In this document: piece after piece, positions 45,375 to 55,598 of the stretch
Layout: each line of letters starts with the position of its first letter
Position numbering within the stretch: position 1 is the stretch's first letter
Assembly: GCA_963742655.1 (NCBI GenBank)
Contig: CAVUMM010000008.1
Location: 311,707-375,706, forward strand
Origin: an uncultured Candidatus Saccharibacteria bacterium
GTDB taxonomy: Bacteria > Patescibacteriota > Saccharimonadia > Saccharimonadales > UBA4665
Reading direction: 5' to 3'
Length of the DNA: 64,000 nt
Notes under the pieces: model-generated
Told to the model about the DNA's origin: nothing
What the model saw: only the letters and a program-made list of their open reading frames with translations
Database searches by the model: none
Made by a program: the position numbers and the translations under genes

Positions 45375-45712
45375 AGCAAGTCGGCGATATCACAATTAAA
45401 GAATTACGGCAAATGTCCGGGAAGATGTTCGGAGATTTCGTGAAGGCCGTTGTCGATATAGAAAAGAAACTGGTTGTCGTTGATGCTGAAATGCACTACG
45501 ACGAGGAGCAATTTTTGCTAGAGCGCGGATCGAAGCAAGCTAATCTTTGGGGTATAAATTTATATCCATCCGTATTCGGGAAGCAGGAGTTTATTGAATA
45601 TGACTCGATGATTAATATCCGTCCGAATCATGGCAATCCATCGCGTGACGTCGAAAGCACCGGAGTCAGGCAAAAGATAGAGGAGATTATTGCTGGAGTT
45701 GTCCATGAGTAA
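45371..45712 (+). CDS. small hypothetical protein (113 aa)
   Basis: ATGA overlap with the upstream stop; no family assigned with confidence. Confidence 0.6.
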   Translation: MKQVGDITIKELRQMSGKMFGDFVKAVVDIEKKLVVVDAEMHYDEEQFLLERGSKQANLWGINLYPSVFGKQEFIEYDSMINIRPNHGNPSRDVESTGVRQKIEEIIAGVVHE

Positions 45713-46034
45713 TTATAAGATTGATCGAAAACGCTGGTTAAATATGAGTATATTTGAACAGATGGGGAACATCGGATCAGAAGTAGGTCGCTCAATCAAT
45801 GCATGGAACTCTGGCAATAATGAACGGTTTAACGGCGCATTAATTAGGGCCCTGGACTTGTTTGACGCGACAACAGAAGCGCTTATCGTAAAAAAATCGC
45901 CAAGAGTCAGGGAGGTCTTGATTGCGCGTGAGCAATTTCTGAATTTGTTTTTTGGCAACGCTCCTGTTGATGATGACAAGAAAATTGAAAAATACTTTAC
46001 GCAGTATGCCGTTGCTGCGAGGTTGCATCGATGA
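45705..46034 (+). CDS. small hypothetical helical protein (109 aa)
   Basis: ATG 45705 overlaps the upstream gene by 8 nt; NIGSEVGRS... loosely reminiscent of four-helix-bundle proteins, unverified. Confidence 0.55.
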   Translation: MSNYKIDRKRWLNMSIFEQMGNIGSEVGRSINAWNSGNNERFNGALIRALDLFDATTEALIVKKSPRVREVLIAREQFLNLFFGNAPVDDDKKIEKYFTQYAVAARLHR

Positions 46035-46360
46035 AAAGTTTAGACGCATTGCAAGCAAGGGCGCTTGAAATTCTTGTATTGTACAACGATTTGAATCAAA
46101 AGCAGCGCGGCAGAGTTTGGTCTGCAAAAGATCATGCCTTGGGATTTGTTGGCGATGTGGGAGATTTGATGAAATTGGTTGCTGCTAAAGAAGGCGTGCG
46201 CAGTGGCGTCGATATTGACAGCCGGTTAGGGCACGAACTGGCCGACTGCCTGTGGTCAATCTTTGTGCTTGCAAATCATTACGATATCGAACTGGAAAAG
46301 GAATTTGACCGCACTATGAGCTATCTCGAAAAGAGTGTTACTAAGGAGTTGGCCGCATGA
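46031..46360 (+). CDS. MazG-like nucleotide pyrophosphohydrolase (small single-domain type)
   Basis: ATGA overlaps at both ends; GDVGDLMKL...GHELADCLWSIFVLANHYDIELEKEF fits the MazG helical core. Confidence 0.7.
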   Translation: MKSLDALQARALEILVLYNDLNQKQRGRVWSAKDHALGFVGDVGDLMKLVAAKEGVRSGVDIDSRLGHELADCLWSIFVLANHYDIELEKEFDRTMSYLEKSVTKELAA

Positions 46361-48939
46361 AAATCAGCGTAAATACTATCAAATTCATGAACCGGCGTTA
46401 CGGATGTGCTGGCGATCCGGCACCGGATGGCGTTTACAAATTGGCCGAAAAAATCGGCGCGCAACTCGGAGCGATCGAGGAAATTATTGACATCGGATCA
46501 AAGTACGAGGGAACTCTAATCGTCAAGATTGTCTCGATTGTGGATCATCCAAATGCTGACCGGCTGCATGTCTGCATGGTTGACGACGACGGCAAATTCA
46601 AGGATGTCGAGCGTGATGAAAACGGTCATGTGCAAATCGTTTGCGGCGCGCCGAATTTGTATGAAGGCATGCTAGCCGCATGGTTGCCGCCTGGGACGGT
46701 TGTGCCGAGTACTGTCGATAAGGATCCATTCACACTTGAAGCGCGGCCGATTCGCGGCGTGGTGAGTAATGGCATGATGGCCAGCGCCAGAGAGCTCGGA
46801 CTGGGCGACGATCACGAAGGAATTTTGGATATCGATAAAGAGGCCGCGCCCGGCAGTTCGTTTCCCGAGCTGTATGAACTGGCCGGCGACAAAGTGCTTG
46901 ATATCGAAAACAAAATGTTCACCCACCGTCCCGACTGCTTCGGTTTTCTTGGAGTGGCTCGCGAATTAGCCGGCATCCAACAACAGCCGTTCAAAAGCCC
47001 GGCCTGGTACAATCTAAATCCTGAATTTCCGGGCGTTGATTCTGAGGAACTTAAGCTCGAAGTTAAAAACGAGCTGCCAGAACTCGTGCCACGTTTCACG
47101 GCAATCACGCTGCATAACGTCAAAGTCGGCCCAAGTCCGGTTTGGCTTCAGTTGGAGCTTGCCAAAGTTGGCCAGCGCCCCATTAACAATATCGTCGACT
47201 ACACCAACTTCTTCATGCTTGAAAGCGGCCAACCTTTGCATGCCTACGATTACGACAAAGTTAAATCCCAAGATAATGGCGCGGACCATGCGACGCTTGT
47301 CGTTCGAAAACCTATCGACGGCGAAAAACTCATGTTGCTCAACGGCAAGGAAATTTCGCCGCGTAAAGACGCCATCATGATTGCCACCCGTGACAAATCA
47401 ATCGGGCTTGGCGGTGTGGTGGGCGGCAGCGATACGGAAGTCGACGAAAATACCGCGAACATCATTATCGAATGCGCGAACTTTGATATGTATTCCATTC
47501 GCCGAACAAGCATGGAACATGGCTTATTCACTGATGCGGTGACACGTTTTACGAAAGGCCAAAGCCCGTTGCAGAATTTAGCGGTGCTTGCCAAGATTGT
47601 TGACGAAATCCGCAGGTATGCCGGCGGCATAGTAGCAAGTGCGGCAATTGACGATAATCATTTGCCGGATGATGTGCTGGAACGAGGTTCGTTACATCCG
47701 CCAGTTAGCGTTTCGAGTGATTTTATCAATGCCCGGCTCGGCTTGAAGCTATCCGTTGAGGAAATTACACAATTGCTCGAGAACGTCGAATTCAAGGTGG
47801 ATCAAGAGCCAAGTGAGAATACCCAACTACCAACTACCAGCCACCAACTGCTAATCAAAGCCCCGTTCTGGCGCACCGACATTGAAATCCCGGAAGATGT
47901 TGTGGAAGAAGTCGGCCGGTTGTATGGCTACGATCATCTGCCGCTTGATTTGCCCAAGCGGGACATAACGCCGGCGACGAAGGACCCGATGCTGGAGTTG
48001 AAGACTCAAATTCGAAACTTGCTCAGCAGGGTTGGCGCCAATGAAGTGCTGACCTATAGTTTCGTGCACGGTAATCTGCTGGACAGAGTCGGCCAGGATA
48101 AATCACGGGCGTATCAGCTGGCAAATGCGCTTAGTCCCGATCTGCAGTACTATCGTCTGAGTCTCACGCCAAGCCTTCTTGAAAAAGTGCATCCTAATAT
48201 AAAGGCAGGTTTCAGTGAATTCGCGTTATTCGAAATCGGGAAAGTTCATCAAAAAGAGTCAACAGATGACGAAGGATTGCCGACTGAATTCGAACGAATT
48301 GCTTGCATGATCGCGGCAGGCAGCAAAGCGGCGAGGAATTATGCCGGAGCGCCGTATTTTCAGGCAAAGAAATATCTTACGAATTTGCTGAAAGCATTTG
48401 GATTAGATTCGTCCGTTACTTTCGAGCCACTCGACGAACGCGATACTGACCAAGCTGCTACGTATTATGAATCCGGAAGGGCTGCGACGGTAAAAGTCGA
48501 CAATATCGTTATCGGAAGAATTGGCGAGTATAAGGCGTCGGTGCGACGGACACTTAAATTACCCGATTTCTGTGCCGGATTCGAGCTGGGGTTAGCTCCG
48601 CTATTAGATAAGCTATCTCGCAGCCCGCATTACACATCGTTGCCGCGTTTTCCTAAAGTCGCACAAGATATTACGCTTAAAGTTGACGCTGGTCTGGACT
48701 ACGCCGAGCTGTTCGAATTTATAAACGAGAAACTCTCTGAAAATCCGGTTAATGATACATTCGTCCAGCTCGAGCCGCTCGACATATTCCAAAAAGCCGA
48801 CGATCTAACGCATAAACAAATGACGTTCAGGTTCACCGTGGCAAGCTATCAGCGAACACTTACCGATGCCGAGGTAGCTAAATTACTCGATCAGGTAGCA
48901 GCGGCCGCTGAAGAAAAATTCGGAGCCGAAAGGATTTAA
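46357..48939 (+). CDS. pheT: phenylalanine--tRNA ligase beta subunit
   Basis: 860 aa; tRNA-binding domain (HPNADRLHVCMVD, VCGAPN), B3/4, B5 and FDX-ACB-like regions in the standard order. Confidence 0.95.
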   Translation: MKISVNTIKFMNRRYGCAGDPAPDGVYKLAEKIGAQLGAIEEIIDIGSKYEGTLIVKIVSIVDHPNADRLHVCMVDDDGKFKDVERDENGHVQIVCGAPNLYEGMLAAWLPPGTVVPSTVDKDPFTLEARPIRGVVSNGMMASARELGLGDDHEGILDIDKEAAPGSSFPELYELAGDKVLDIENKMFTHRPDCFGFLGVARELAGIQQQPFKSPAWYNLNPEFPGVDSEELKLEVKNELPELVPRFTAITLHNVKVGPSPVWLQLELAKVGQRPINNIVDYTNFFMLESGQPLHAYDYDKVKSQDNGADHATLVVRKPIDGEKLMLLNGKEISPRKDAIMIATRDKSIGLGGVVGGSDTEVDENTANIIIECANFDMYSIRRTSMEHGLFTDAVTRFTKGQSPLQNLAVLAKIVDEIRRYAGGIVASAAIDDNHLPDDVLERGSLHPPVSVSSDFINARLGLKLSVEEITQLLENVEFKVDQEPSENTQLPTTSHQLLIKAPFWRTDIEIPEDVVEEVGRLYGYDHLPLDLPKRDITPATKDPMLELKTQIRNLLSRVGANEVLTYSFVHGNLLDRVGQDKSRAYQLANALSPDLQYYRLSLTPSLLEKVHPNIKAGFSEFALFEIGKVHQKESTDDEGLPTEFERIACMIAAGSKAARNYAGAPYFQAKKYLTNLLKAFGLDSSVTFEPLDERDTDQAATYYESGRAATVKVDNIVIGRIGEYKASVRRTLKLPDFCAGFELGLAPLLDKLSRSPHYTSLPRFPKVAQDITLKVDAGLDYAELFEFINEKLSENPVNDTFVQLEPLDIFQKADDLTHKQMTFRFTVASYQRTLTDAEVAKLLDQVAAAAEEKFGAERI

Positions 48940-48961
48940 AATCAGACGTTATCTAATAGCA

Positions 48962-50683
48962 TTGATTATTCCGCTTGCACTTGCGGGAAGCATAGCTGTT
49001 TCCGGTTCGGCTTTTGCAGACGTCAATGATTTTACCGTCACGAATTTCAACGCAGATTACTATTTGAGCAATGCGGATCCGCAGGGCCGCATGGAAGTTG
49101 TCGAACAAATCAAAGTAAACTACTCCGACAATAATCACGGCATATTACGTGCCATTCCAGCTTCGTATAAAGGCCACCCGATGAATATTCATGTCGAAAG
49201 TGTCAGCTCGACCTCCGGTGCGCCGGCTGCCTATAAAATCAGTAGCAGCAACGGCAATGAAGTCTTAAAAATCGGCAATCCCAACCAGACGGTAACGGGA
49301 ACACAAGCGTACACAATCAAATATTCGGAGCAAAATGTCATCACTTTTTACAATGACCATGATGAATTGTATTGGGATGTCAACGGCGACCAATGGGACC
49401 AACCGTTTTTGGCTGTGCAAGCGACATTGCATCTGCCAGCGGGTCTCAGACTTGCATCTCAGCGTCCGAAATGTTTCGTCGGCAGCTTTGGCTCAACATC
49501 TCAACAATGCCAGATAGTCGTAAGCCCGCAGACCATCAATACGACCGCATTCAACTTGCAATCGCAATCAACTCTCACGTTCGTGGTCGGATTCCAAAAA
49601 GGCTACTTTCATCCGATGACATGGACAGACTGGCTGCATGATTACGCGGTGCCTATATTAGAATTTTTTGTGCCTTTCTTATTGCTGTCAGGTGGCGGAT
49701 TCGTTTGGTGGTTCAAGCGCGGGCGTGATGCCAAGGGGCGCGGTACGATAATTCCGGAATACGATGCGCCGGATGGATTGAAGCCGATAGAAGTCGGCGC
49801 GCTGATTGATTTTGTAGTGGATAATCGCGACTTGACGGCCACTATCATAGACTTGGCAATCCGAAAGTACATTCGAATTATCGAATCGGAAGACAAAAGG
49901 CTGCTCGTTATGAAAAAGAAAGCATACACCTTGGAATTGCTTAATGCGGATTGGAGCGCGCTCAACCACTGGGAAGTTGATATTTTGAACGGGTTGTTTG
50001 GATCAGGCAGCAAAATCGGTGATCAAATTGACGTTGCCGCACTGGCAACAAAACTGTCATCGGTTGCAAAAAACGCAAAGCAATCTGTCGGAGTTTCATT
50101 AACGGATCGCGGTTATTTTGTGTCAAACCCATCGAGACGTGTGACGTTATCAATTTCTGTCATCGTCCTATTCATATGGCTGTTTCTTTCGTTCTCGAAC
50201 GGGTTGGCGGGTTGGCTTGTGGCCGGACTTGCTTTGGGTTTTATCGTGTTTTCGATCTTTTATCATTTGTTGCCGGCGCGTACGGCGAAAGGTGTGACGG
50301 CGAAGGAGCATATCCTTGGACTGAAGATGTATATGGAAGTCGCCGAAAAAGCTCGCATTGCTAAATTACAAAGCCCGGATGCCCCGTACGCAGAAAAATC
50401 AGACGCACCGCAACAAACCGTTGATCTGTTTGAAAAACTGCTGCCCTTCGCCATAGTGCTGAAAGTTGAGCAACAGTGGGCCAAAAAATTCGAAGGTATA
50501 TATAAGGCGCCACCCGATTGGTATTCGGGAAACTTCGCGACCTTCAATGCGGTATACCTCGCCAGTTCGCTGAATAGCGGTTTTGCGCCCGCAGTCGGCA
50601 GTAGCTTTAACGCGCCGCGCAGTTCGGGTGGCAGCGGTTTTGCCGGCGGCGGTGGCGGAGGAGGAGGCGGTGGCGGTTGGTAA
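48962..50683 (+). CDS. DUF2207 domain-containing membrane protein
   Basis: Signal peptide; N-terminal VNDFTVTNFNADYYL...MEVVEQIKVNYSDNNHGILRAIP; internal TM helices; C-terminal Gly run ending GGGGW, typical of the family. Confidence 0.75.
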   Translation: MIIPLALAGSIAVSGSAFADVNDFTVTNFNADYYLSNADPQGRMEVVEQIKVNYSDNNHGILRAIPASYKGHPMNIHVESVSSTSGAPAAYKISSSNGNEVLKIGNPNQTVTGTQAYTIKYSEQNVITFYNDHDELYWDVNGDQWDQPFLAVQATLHLPAGLRLASQRPKCFVGSFGSTSQQCQIVVSPQTINTTAFNLQSQSTLTFVVGFQKGYFHPMTWTDWLHDYAVPILEFFVPFLLLSGGGFVWWFKRGRDAKGRGTIIPEYDAPDGLKPIEVGALIDFVVDNRDLTATIIDLAIRKYIRIIESEDKRLLVMKKKAYTLELLNADWSALNHWEVDILNGLFGSGSKIGDQIDVAALATKLSSVAKNAKQSVGVSLTDRGYFVSNPSRRVTLSISVIVLFIWLFLSFSNGLAGWLVAGLALGFIVFSIFYHLLPARTAKGVTAKEHILGLKMYMEVAEKARIAKLQSPDAPYAEKSDAPQQTVDLFEKLLPFAIVLKVEQQWAKKFEGIYKAPPDWYSGNFATFNAVYLASSLNSGFAPAVGSSFNAPRSSGGSGFAGGGGGGGGGGGW

Positions 50684-50709
50684 TGCGCTAAAAATATAAG
50701 CAGTTTGTT

Positions 50710-50739
50710 TTGACAAAATCAGCAATTTCGGGGTAGAAT
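50710..50739 (+). promoter_or_regulatory. candidate promoter TTGACA-N18-TAGAAT driving a leaderless guaB transcript
   Basis: TTGACA 50710-50715, TAGAAT 50734-50739. The guaB ATG at 50745 is only 5 nt past the -10 and has no Shine-Dalgarno. Confidence 0.45.
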
Positions 50740-50744
50740 CATAT

Positions 50745-51881
50745 ATGGACACACAATTAACTACAGCGTTAACGTTTGATGATGTCTTATTACGGCCCCG
50801 CTATGCGGGGTTTTCTCGTAATGAGATACAGTTATCAACTCAATTAACAAAAAATATCAAACTACAGTCGCCACTCGTTTCGGCGCCGATGGATACAGTA
50901 ACAGAATCTGTGTTGGCGATTGCGCTTGCCAAAGCCGGCGGAATCGGATTTATACATCGAAACCTGGCGATTGACGAACAGGCTGCGGAAGTAAAAAAAG
51001 TAAAGGATGCCGGATCGCTGGTAGGCGCGGCCGTTGGATCCAGCCCGGGTTTTGAAGCGCGCGTTGAAAAACTTGTCGAAGCCGGCGCAGATGTGATAAT
51101 CGTAGATTCGGCACACGGCCACGCCAAGCAGGTGATAGAAACGACCAAGTATATCAAAGATCATTACAAAGTAGACGTAATCGCCGGCAATGTCGCTACG
51201 AGCGACGGAGCGCAGGCGTTGGTAGATGCCGGTGCTGACGCGATTCGTGTGGGCATGGGCCCCGGCGCAATTTGCACGACGCGATTAGTCTCCGGCATGG
51301 GAGTGCCGCAGCTAACCGCATTGTTCGACACCAGCAAAGCTGCTAAACCTGCCGGCATGCCCGTTATCGCGGACGGCGGTATTAAATACTCGGGTGATAT
51401 CGTAAAAGCCTTGGCGGCTGGTGCGTCAACAGTCATGATGGGACGCAAATTTGCCGAGACGACGGAATCACCGGGCGAAGTCACTTATCTCAAACCAGAA
51501 GATGTTCCGGCCCGGTTCAAGAGCATCATTAACGGTGCTGAAAACTATGCATTCAAATCCTATCGGGGCATGGGTTCGATCGGAGCGATGAAACACGGCA
51601 TGGATATAAGCTCCGAGGATGAGTTCCACGGCAAAAGTTATTCGCAAAAGGACGTGCTGGTTGCCGAAGGAGTGGAAGGTTTGGTGCCGACCACCGGATC
51701 GGTAGCTGACTTTGTCGCCCAGATGATCGGGGGCGTAAAATCCGGTTTTTATTATGTAGGCGCTAAAACCATTGCAGAATTATGGGATACGGCTCAATTC
51801 GTGCAAATAACCCAGGCCTCGTTGACCGAAAGCCACCCGCACGACTTATTCGTAACTAACGGCGGAGGAAATTACAATTGA
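50745..51881 (+). CDS. guaB: IMP dehydrogenase lacking the CBS (Bateman) subdomain
   Basis: 378 aa; [10 protein letters not shown], catalytic loop [23 protein letters not shown]-terminal [21 protein letters not shown] joins directly where the CBS pair normally sits. Confidence 0.9.
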   Translation: MDTQLTTALTFDDVLLRPRYAGFSRNEIQLSTQLTKNIKLQSPLVSAPMDTVTESVLAIALAKAGGIGFIHRNLAIDEQAAEVKKVKDAGSLVGAAVGSSPGFEARVEKLVEAGADVIIVDSAHGHAKQVIETTKYIKDHYKVDVIAGNVATSDGAQALVDAGADAIRVGMGPGAICTTRLVSGMGVPQLTALFDTSKAAKPAGMPVIADGGIKYSGDIVKALAAGASTVMMGRKFAETTESPGEVTYLKPEDVPARFKSIINGAENYAFKSYRGMGSIGAMKHGMDISSEDEFHGKSYSQKDVLVAEGVEGLVPTTGSVADFVAQMIGGVKSGFYYVGAKTIAELWDTAQFVQITQASLTESHPHDLFVTNGGGNYN

Positions 51882-52034
51882 ACTCATTTCATGCGTCACG
51901 TCTGTTAAGTGAAAACCATCCTGGCGAGTATGATGTATCCGTTCTCTTGAGGAAGCGTACCTATTGGTACACTGACGAACGAAACAGAAGCAGCATGCCG
52001 TCGGGATGGTTTGAAGCTGGACGGGAGGTGTGAA

Positions 52035-53573
52035 GTGAGTTCATCAGTGGAAACTCTCGTCATACTCGATTACGGCTCACAATACACGCAATTAATAGCC
52101 AGGCTGGCACGCGAGCTTGGTGTTTACAGTGAGATTCTGTCGCCCGAAACTTCTCTGGACGAAATCAAAAAATATAAACCGCTTGGGTTAGTGTTGTCAG
52201 GCGGCCCGAGTTCGGTTTTTGACGAGGACGCACCGCAAGTTGACGAAGCCGTTTTTGAACTCGATATCCCAATTTTAGGTGTTTGTTACGGTATGCAGCT
52301 GATCGCCCAAGCTTTTGGCGGGACGGTTGAAGATTCTGATATTCGTGAATATGGTCGGGCAACTATCAGTGTTGAAGCTCCGAGCAAACTCATTGCGAAA
52401 GACTGCGACGGCAGCACGGTGTGGATGAGTCACGGCACCCACGTGTCGAAGCTTCCGCCGGCGTTTACGTTGGTTGCCAAAAGCGGTTCGTTGATCGCGG
52501 CCATGGAAAATGGCGACAAAAACATTTTTGGCATCCAGTTCCATCTGGAGGTTGCCCAGAGCGAACACGGCAACGAAATGCTCGGTAATTTCCTTGGCTT
52601 ATGCGGGTTTAAGCGCGATTGGCAGCCAGAATCGCTGATTGACACCCAAATCTCCGCTATTCGTGAAACGGTGGGTAACGGTAATGTGATTTGCGCTTTG
52701 TCGGGCGGAGTTGACTCATCGGTTGCCGCGACGCTGGTTGACCGCGCCATTGGCGAACAGCAGACATGCATATTCGTGGACACTGGGCTGCTTCGGAAAA
52801 ACGAATACGAAGAAGTACTGGATATGTACAAAGATCTTGGATTGAATATCAAGCCGATCCGCGCCGCTGAACGCTTCTACGCCAAGTTGGCGGGTGTGAC
52901 CGATCCAGAACGAAAACGCAAAATTATCGGCGCCGAGTTCATCGCCATTTTTGAAGAGGAGGCCAAGAAAGTCGAGAATGCTAAATTCCTGGTGCAGGGA
53001 ACGCTGTACCCAGACGCGATAACTTCGAAGTCGATCAAAGGCCCGTCCGCGACCATCAAGTCACATCATAACGTCGGCGGTTTGCCGGAAAAAATGGGGC
53101 TCAAGCTCATAGAACCGCTACGGGAGTTATTTAAGGACGAAGTTCGTTTGCTCGGGGCCGCGCTCGGACTGTCGGATGCAATTGTCAAACGCCAGGCATT
53201 CCCGGGGCCGGGTCTTGGCGTGCGTGTAGTCGGTGAAATTACCGAAGAACGCGTCAGAATTTTACAGGAAGCCGACGCGATTGTGCGTGAAGAAATCGAA
53301 AAATTGCCGGAAGTGCGCAAGCAGCTATACCAATATTTTGCAGTTTTATTGCCAGTTAAATCAGTCGGTGTAATGGGCGACGGACGCACTTACGAAAGCG
53401 CCGCGGTGGTCAAAGCATTTACATCCCGGGACGTTATGACCGCCGACTGGGCACGTTTGCCCTATGATTTGCTTGCCAAAATATCCAGCCGTATCGTCAG
53501 CGAGGTCCGCGGCATCAACCGCGTCGTCTACGAAATAACCACCAAACCCCCAGCCACCATCGAGTGGGAATAA
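52035..53573 (+). CDS. guaA: GMP synthase (glutamine-hydrolysing)
   Basis: GTG 52035, 6 nt after GGGAGG. GATase LGVCYGMQL; ATP-PPase SGGVDSSV; C-terminal dimerisation region ending EWE. Confidence 0.95.
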   Translation: MSSSVETLVILDYGSQYTQLIARLARELGVYSEILSPETSLDEIKKYKPLGLVLSGGPSSVFDEDAPQVDEAVFELDIPILGVCYGMQLIAQAFGGTVEDSDIREYGRATISVEAPSKLIAKDCDGSTVWMSHGTHVSKLPPAFTLVAKSGSLIAAMENGDKNIFGIQFHLEVAQSEHGNEMLGNFLGLCGFKRDWQPESLIDTQISAIRETVGNGNVICALSGGVDSSVAATLVDRAIGEQQTCIFVDTGLLRKNEYEEVLDMYKDLGLNIKPIRAAERFYAKLAGVTDPERKRKIIGAEFIAIFEEEAKKVENAKFLVQGTLYPDAITSKSIKGPSATIKSHHNVGGLPEKMGLKLIEPLRELFKDEVRLLGAALGLSDAIVKRQAFPGPGLGVRVVGEITEERVRILQEADAIVREEIEKLPEVRKQLYQYFAVLLPVKSVGVMGDGRTYESAAVVKAFTSRDVMTADWARLPYDLLAKISSRIVSEVRGINRVVYEITTKPPATIEWE

Positions 53574-53615
53574 TCTGCAAAAACAATGCCTTAAAAGGCC
53601 AGACCTTTTACAAAG

Positions 53616-53924
53616 TCATTGATTTTGTCGCTGGTTATTAATCGCACGCATGCAGAGCGTAGAGCTGGAAACTTTGTAGAAGCCGTTTGAAATACTAAGT
53701 GAGCAATATGAATTGCATTTTTCGTTCGGGCAGCAGATAACAACTACATTTCCCGGTTGGACGCTTGTAATCATTTCCTGTGCCAGTACCAGATCCCCTA
53801 TGGCTACTTCGTCAAATGCACGGCTGTTTAAACGGCTTGTTACGTCTTCACGGCACGGAATGGCAACTGTTTCCTGTACAGGTGGCTCAGTCGCAAGAAC
53901 ATTTGGTCGATCGCCCATACCCAC
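53616..53924 (-). CDS. hypothetical protein (102 aa)
   Basis: Isolated ORF; no convincing family. Confidence 0.3.
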   Translation of the reverse strand: MGMGDRPNVLATEPPVQETVAIPCREDVTSRLNSRAFDEVAIGDLVLAQEMITSVQPGNVVVICCPNEKCNSYCSLSISNGFYKVSSSTLCMRAINNQRQNQ

Positions 53925-54041
53925 CTCCCAAAAAATACTGTATAAGCTTAGGCATGGGTATGCTGTGATATGAATTATATGATTATTTAATTATCGTGCT
54001 ATAAGAGTATATTCGGAGCACGTATTGAATGAAACGCTAAT

Positions 54042-54887
54042 TCAGCCGCTTAACCTAATCAAGATTGCGCCGGCGGTAGCTAGTGCTACGGCGGCAATTT
54101 TGACCCAGACTTGTTCTTTTTCTTTCAGGAAAATATGTTCACCGACTAGTGTGACAACCAGAAACGCTTCTATAATCACCAGCACGCTCGTGGCTTCACC
54201 TAATGAAAGGCTCTTATTAAGTGCGAGATTGGCAAATGCTCCTAGTGCACATGCGAATGTTAGCATCTTGCCGTCTTCTTTGTAGATTCTTTTGATTCGT
54301 GCGCGAGCGTTCGGCATCAATGCCAAGTTGATTAAAGCAGGTAATAAAAAAGTCGGGTAGAATGTCAGACTTGCAGGGCTGAAATATGTCAGCAAATATT
54401 TGAACAATATAATAACGGCTGCGTTGAATAAAGTTGCAGACACTACATAAGCGACACCTGTAAGCGATTTTGGGCGTCTGATATTGTGAATGATCACGAC
54501 GCCTGCGCTAGTCGCAAGAAGCGTCCCAAGTAATTTATCCCACGAAAAAGGAGTGCCTAAAAATATGACACTCAACATAAAAATCCAAACGAGTTTAAAT
54601 TTTAACAATGCGCCCGATAATGAAGCCTCTAGATAATTAAATGTTTTGAACATCAATAAGTTGTTACAGACAATCAATATCCCGACCAGGGCTGCGAGCA
54701 ACCACGGCGTAAGCGTATGCGGAATTTTTGGGTTCGCCAGCATAAAAGGGAAACTGACAATCGCACCGATCAAGCTGAAATAAAACGAAAATGCCCAAGC
54801 ATCTTTACCGCCGCGCAGGACATGCCTGGAAATCAGTGACTCGCCGGTAAACATCACACCGGAAAGGAACGCGAAGAATAACCACAT
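54042..54887 (-). CDS. EamA/DMT family transporter
   Basis: 281 aa, about ten hydrophobic helices in two similar halves. Confidence 0.8.
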   Translation of the reverse strand: MWLFFAFLSGVMFTGESLISRHVLRGGKDAWAFSFYFSLIGAIVSFPFMLANPKIPHTLTPWLLAALVGILIVCNNLLMFKTFNYLEASLSGALLKFKLVWIFMLSVIFLGTPFSWDKLLGTLLATSAGVVIIHNIRRPKSLTGVAYVVSATLFNAAVIILFKYLLTYFSPASLTFYPTFLLPALINLALMPNARARIKRIYKEDGKMLTFACALGAFANLALNKSLSLGEATSVLVIIEAFLVVTLVGEHIFLKEKEQVWVKIAAVALATAGAILIRLSG

Positions 54888-54999
54888 TTGATTAGCGTAC
54901 GTTTCAATCAGTTGATTTGCAATAGGCCCAAATTTTAAAATATAAACGTGTTGTCATTGGCGTTATAATTAGTGTTGTCATATATTGTGGAGGGAAAAT

Positions 55000-55539
55000 A
55001 TGCCTAATTTTTGGACGGGACTGGGCAGAATGATGTCGGGCAAACCTATTTATGATCCGAACGATCCTGATATACAGAACGCGCAATCTTCTGAAAATTT
55101 TGATGCAATTGATGCCGGGCAGCAATCAGTAAATGCCGCACAGCCTTTACCGCAAATTAGAAAAGGCGATGAAAGCACGTTTCCGGTGCTCCAGGTCAGG
55201 CGCATCGACAATCGTTTCAACGGTGATAATGTGCAGATCTATTTACGGATTTATAATGCATCACGCATGCAATTGTGGCTGCACAGTATACATATTTTCG
55301 GGACCGAACAACGATTTAATGACGATCTTCAGCCGGGCGAAGAACGCCAATATCCGGTATACAACGGTCATCATATGAAGGATAAGCATGACCATAATGC
55401 GAAAATTAAATACCGGACCATGGACGGCGATTATTTCGAGATTGAGTATGAATTGAAATTCAGGTATCACTCGGAATCGGAGTCGTTTGAATGTTATGAA
55501 ATGCACCAGCACCATGCCGTTCGCGACATTTACGGGTGA
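55000..55539 (+). CDS. hypothetical protein
   Basis: ATG 55000, 5 nt after GGAGGG; 179 aa, His-rich C-terminal half; no family recognised. Confidence 0.55.
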   Translation: MPNFWTGLGRMMSGKPIYDPNDPDIQNAQSSENFDAIDAGQQSVNAAQPLPQIRKGDESTFPVLQVRRIDNRFNGDNVQIYLRIYNASRMQLWLHSIHIFGTEQRFNDDLQPGEERQYPVYNGHHMKDKHDHNAKIKYRTMDGDYFEIEYELKFRYHSESESFECYEMHQHHAVRDIYG

Positions 55540-55598
55540 TTAGCAGTGGCTTTTAATTAGCTTTTTGATTACTCGGATTCACTTTATAATAGACTCTT

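Noticed and set aside
50640-50683. Run of GGN codons (GGCGGCGGTGGCGGAGGAGGAGGCGGTGGCGGTTGG) as a possible repeat or phase-variation tract
   Set aside because: It encodes the C-terminal poly-Gly-Trp tail typical of DUF2207 proteins. Codons are mixed, so it is not a pure slippage-prone repeat.
51882-52034. 153-nt spacer between guaB and guaA as a possible purine/guanine riboswitch
   Set aside because: None of the conserved purine-riboswitch junction or loop sequences are present. Only short weak stems are seen, and GGGAGG plus GTG explains the 3' part as a normal translation start.
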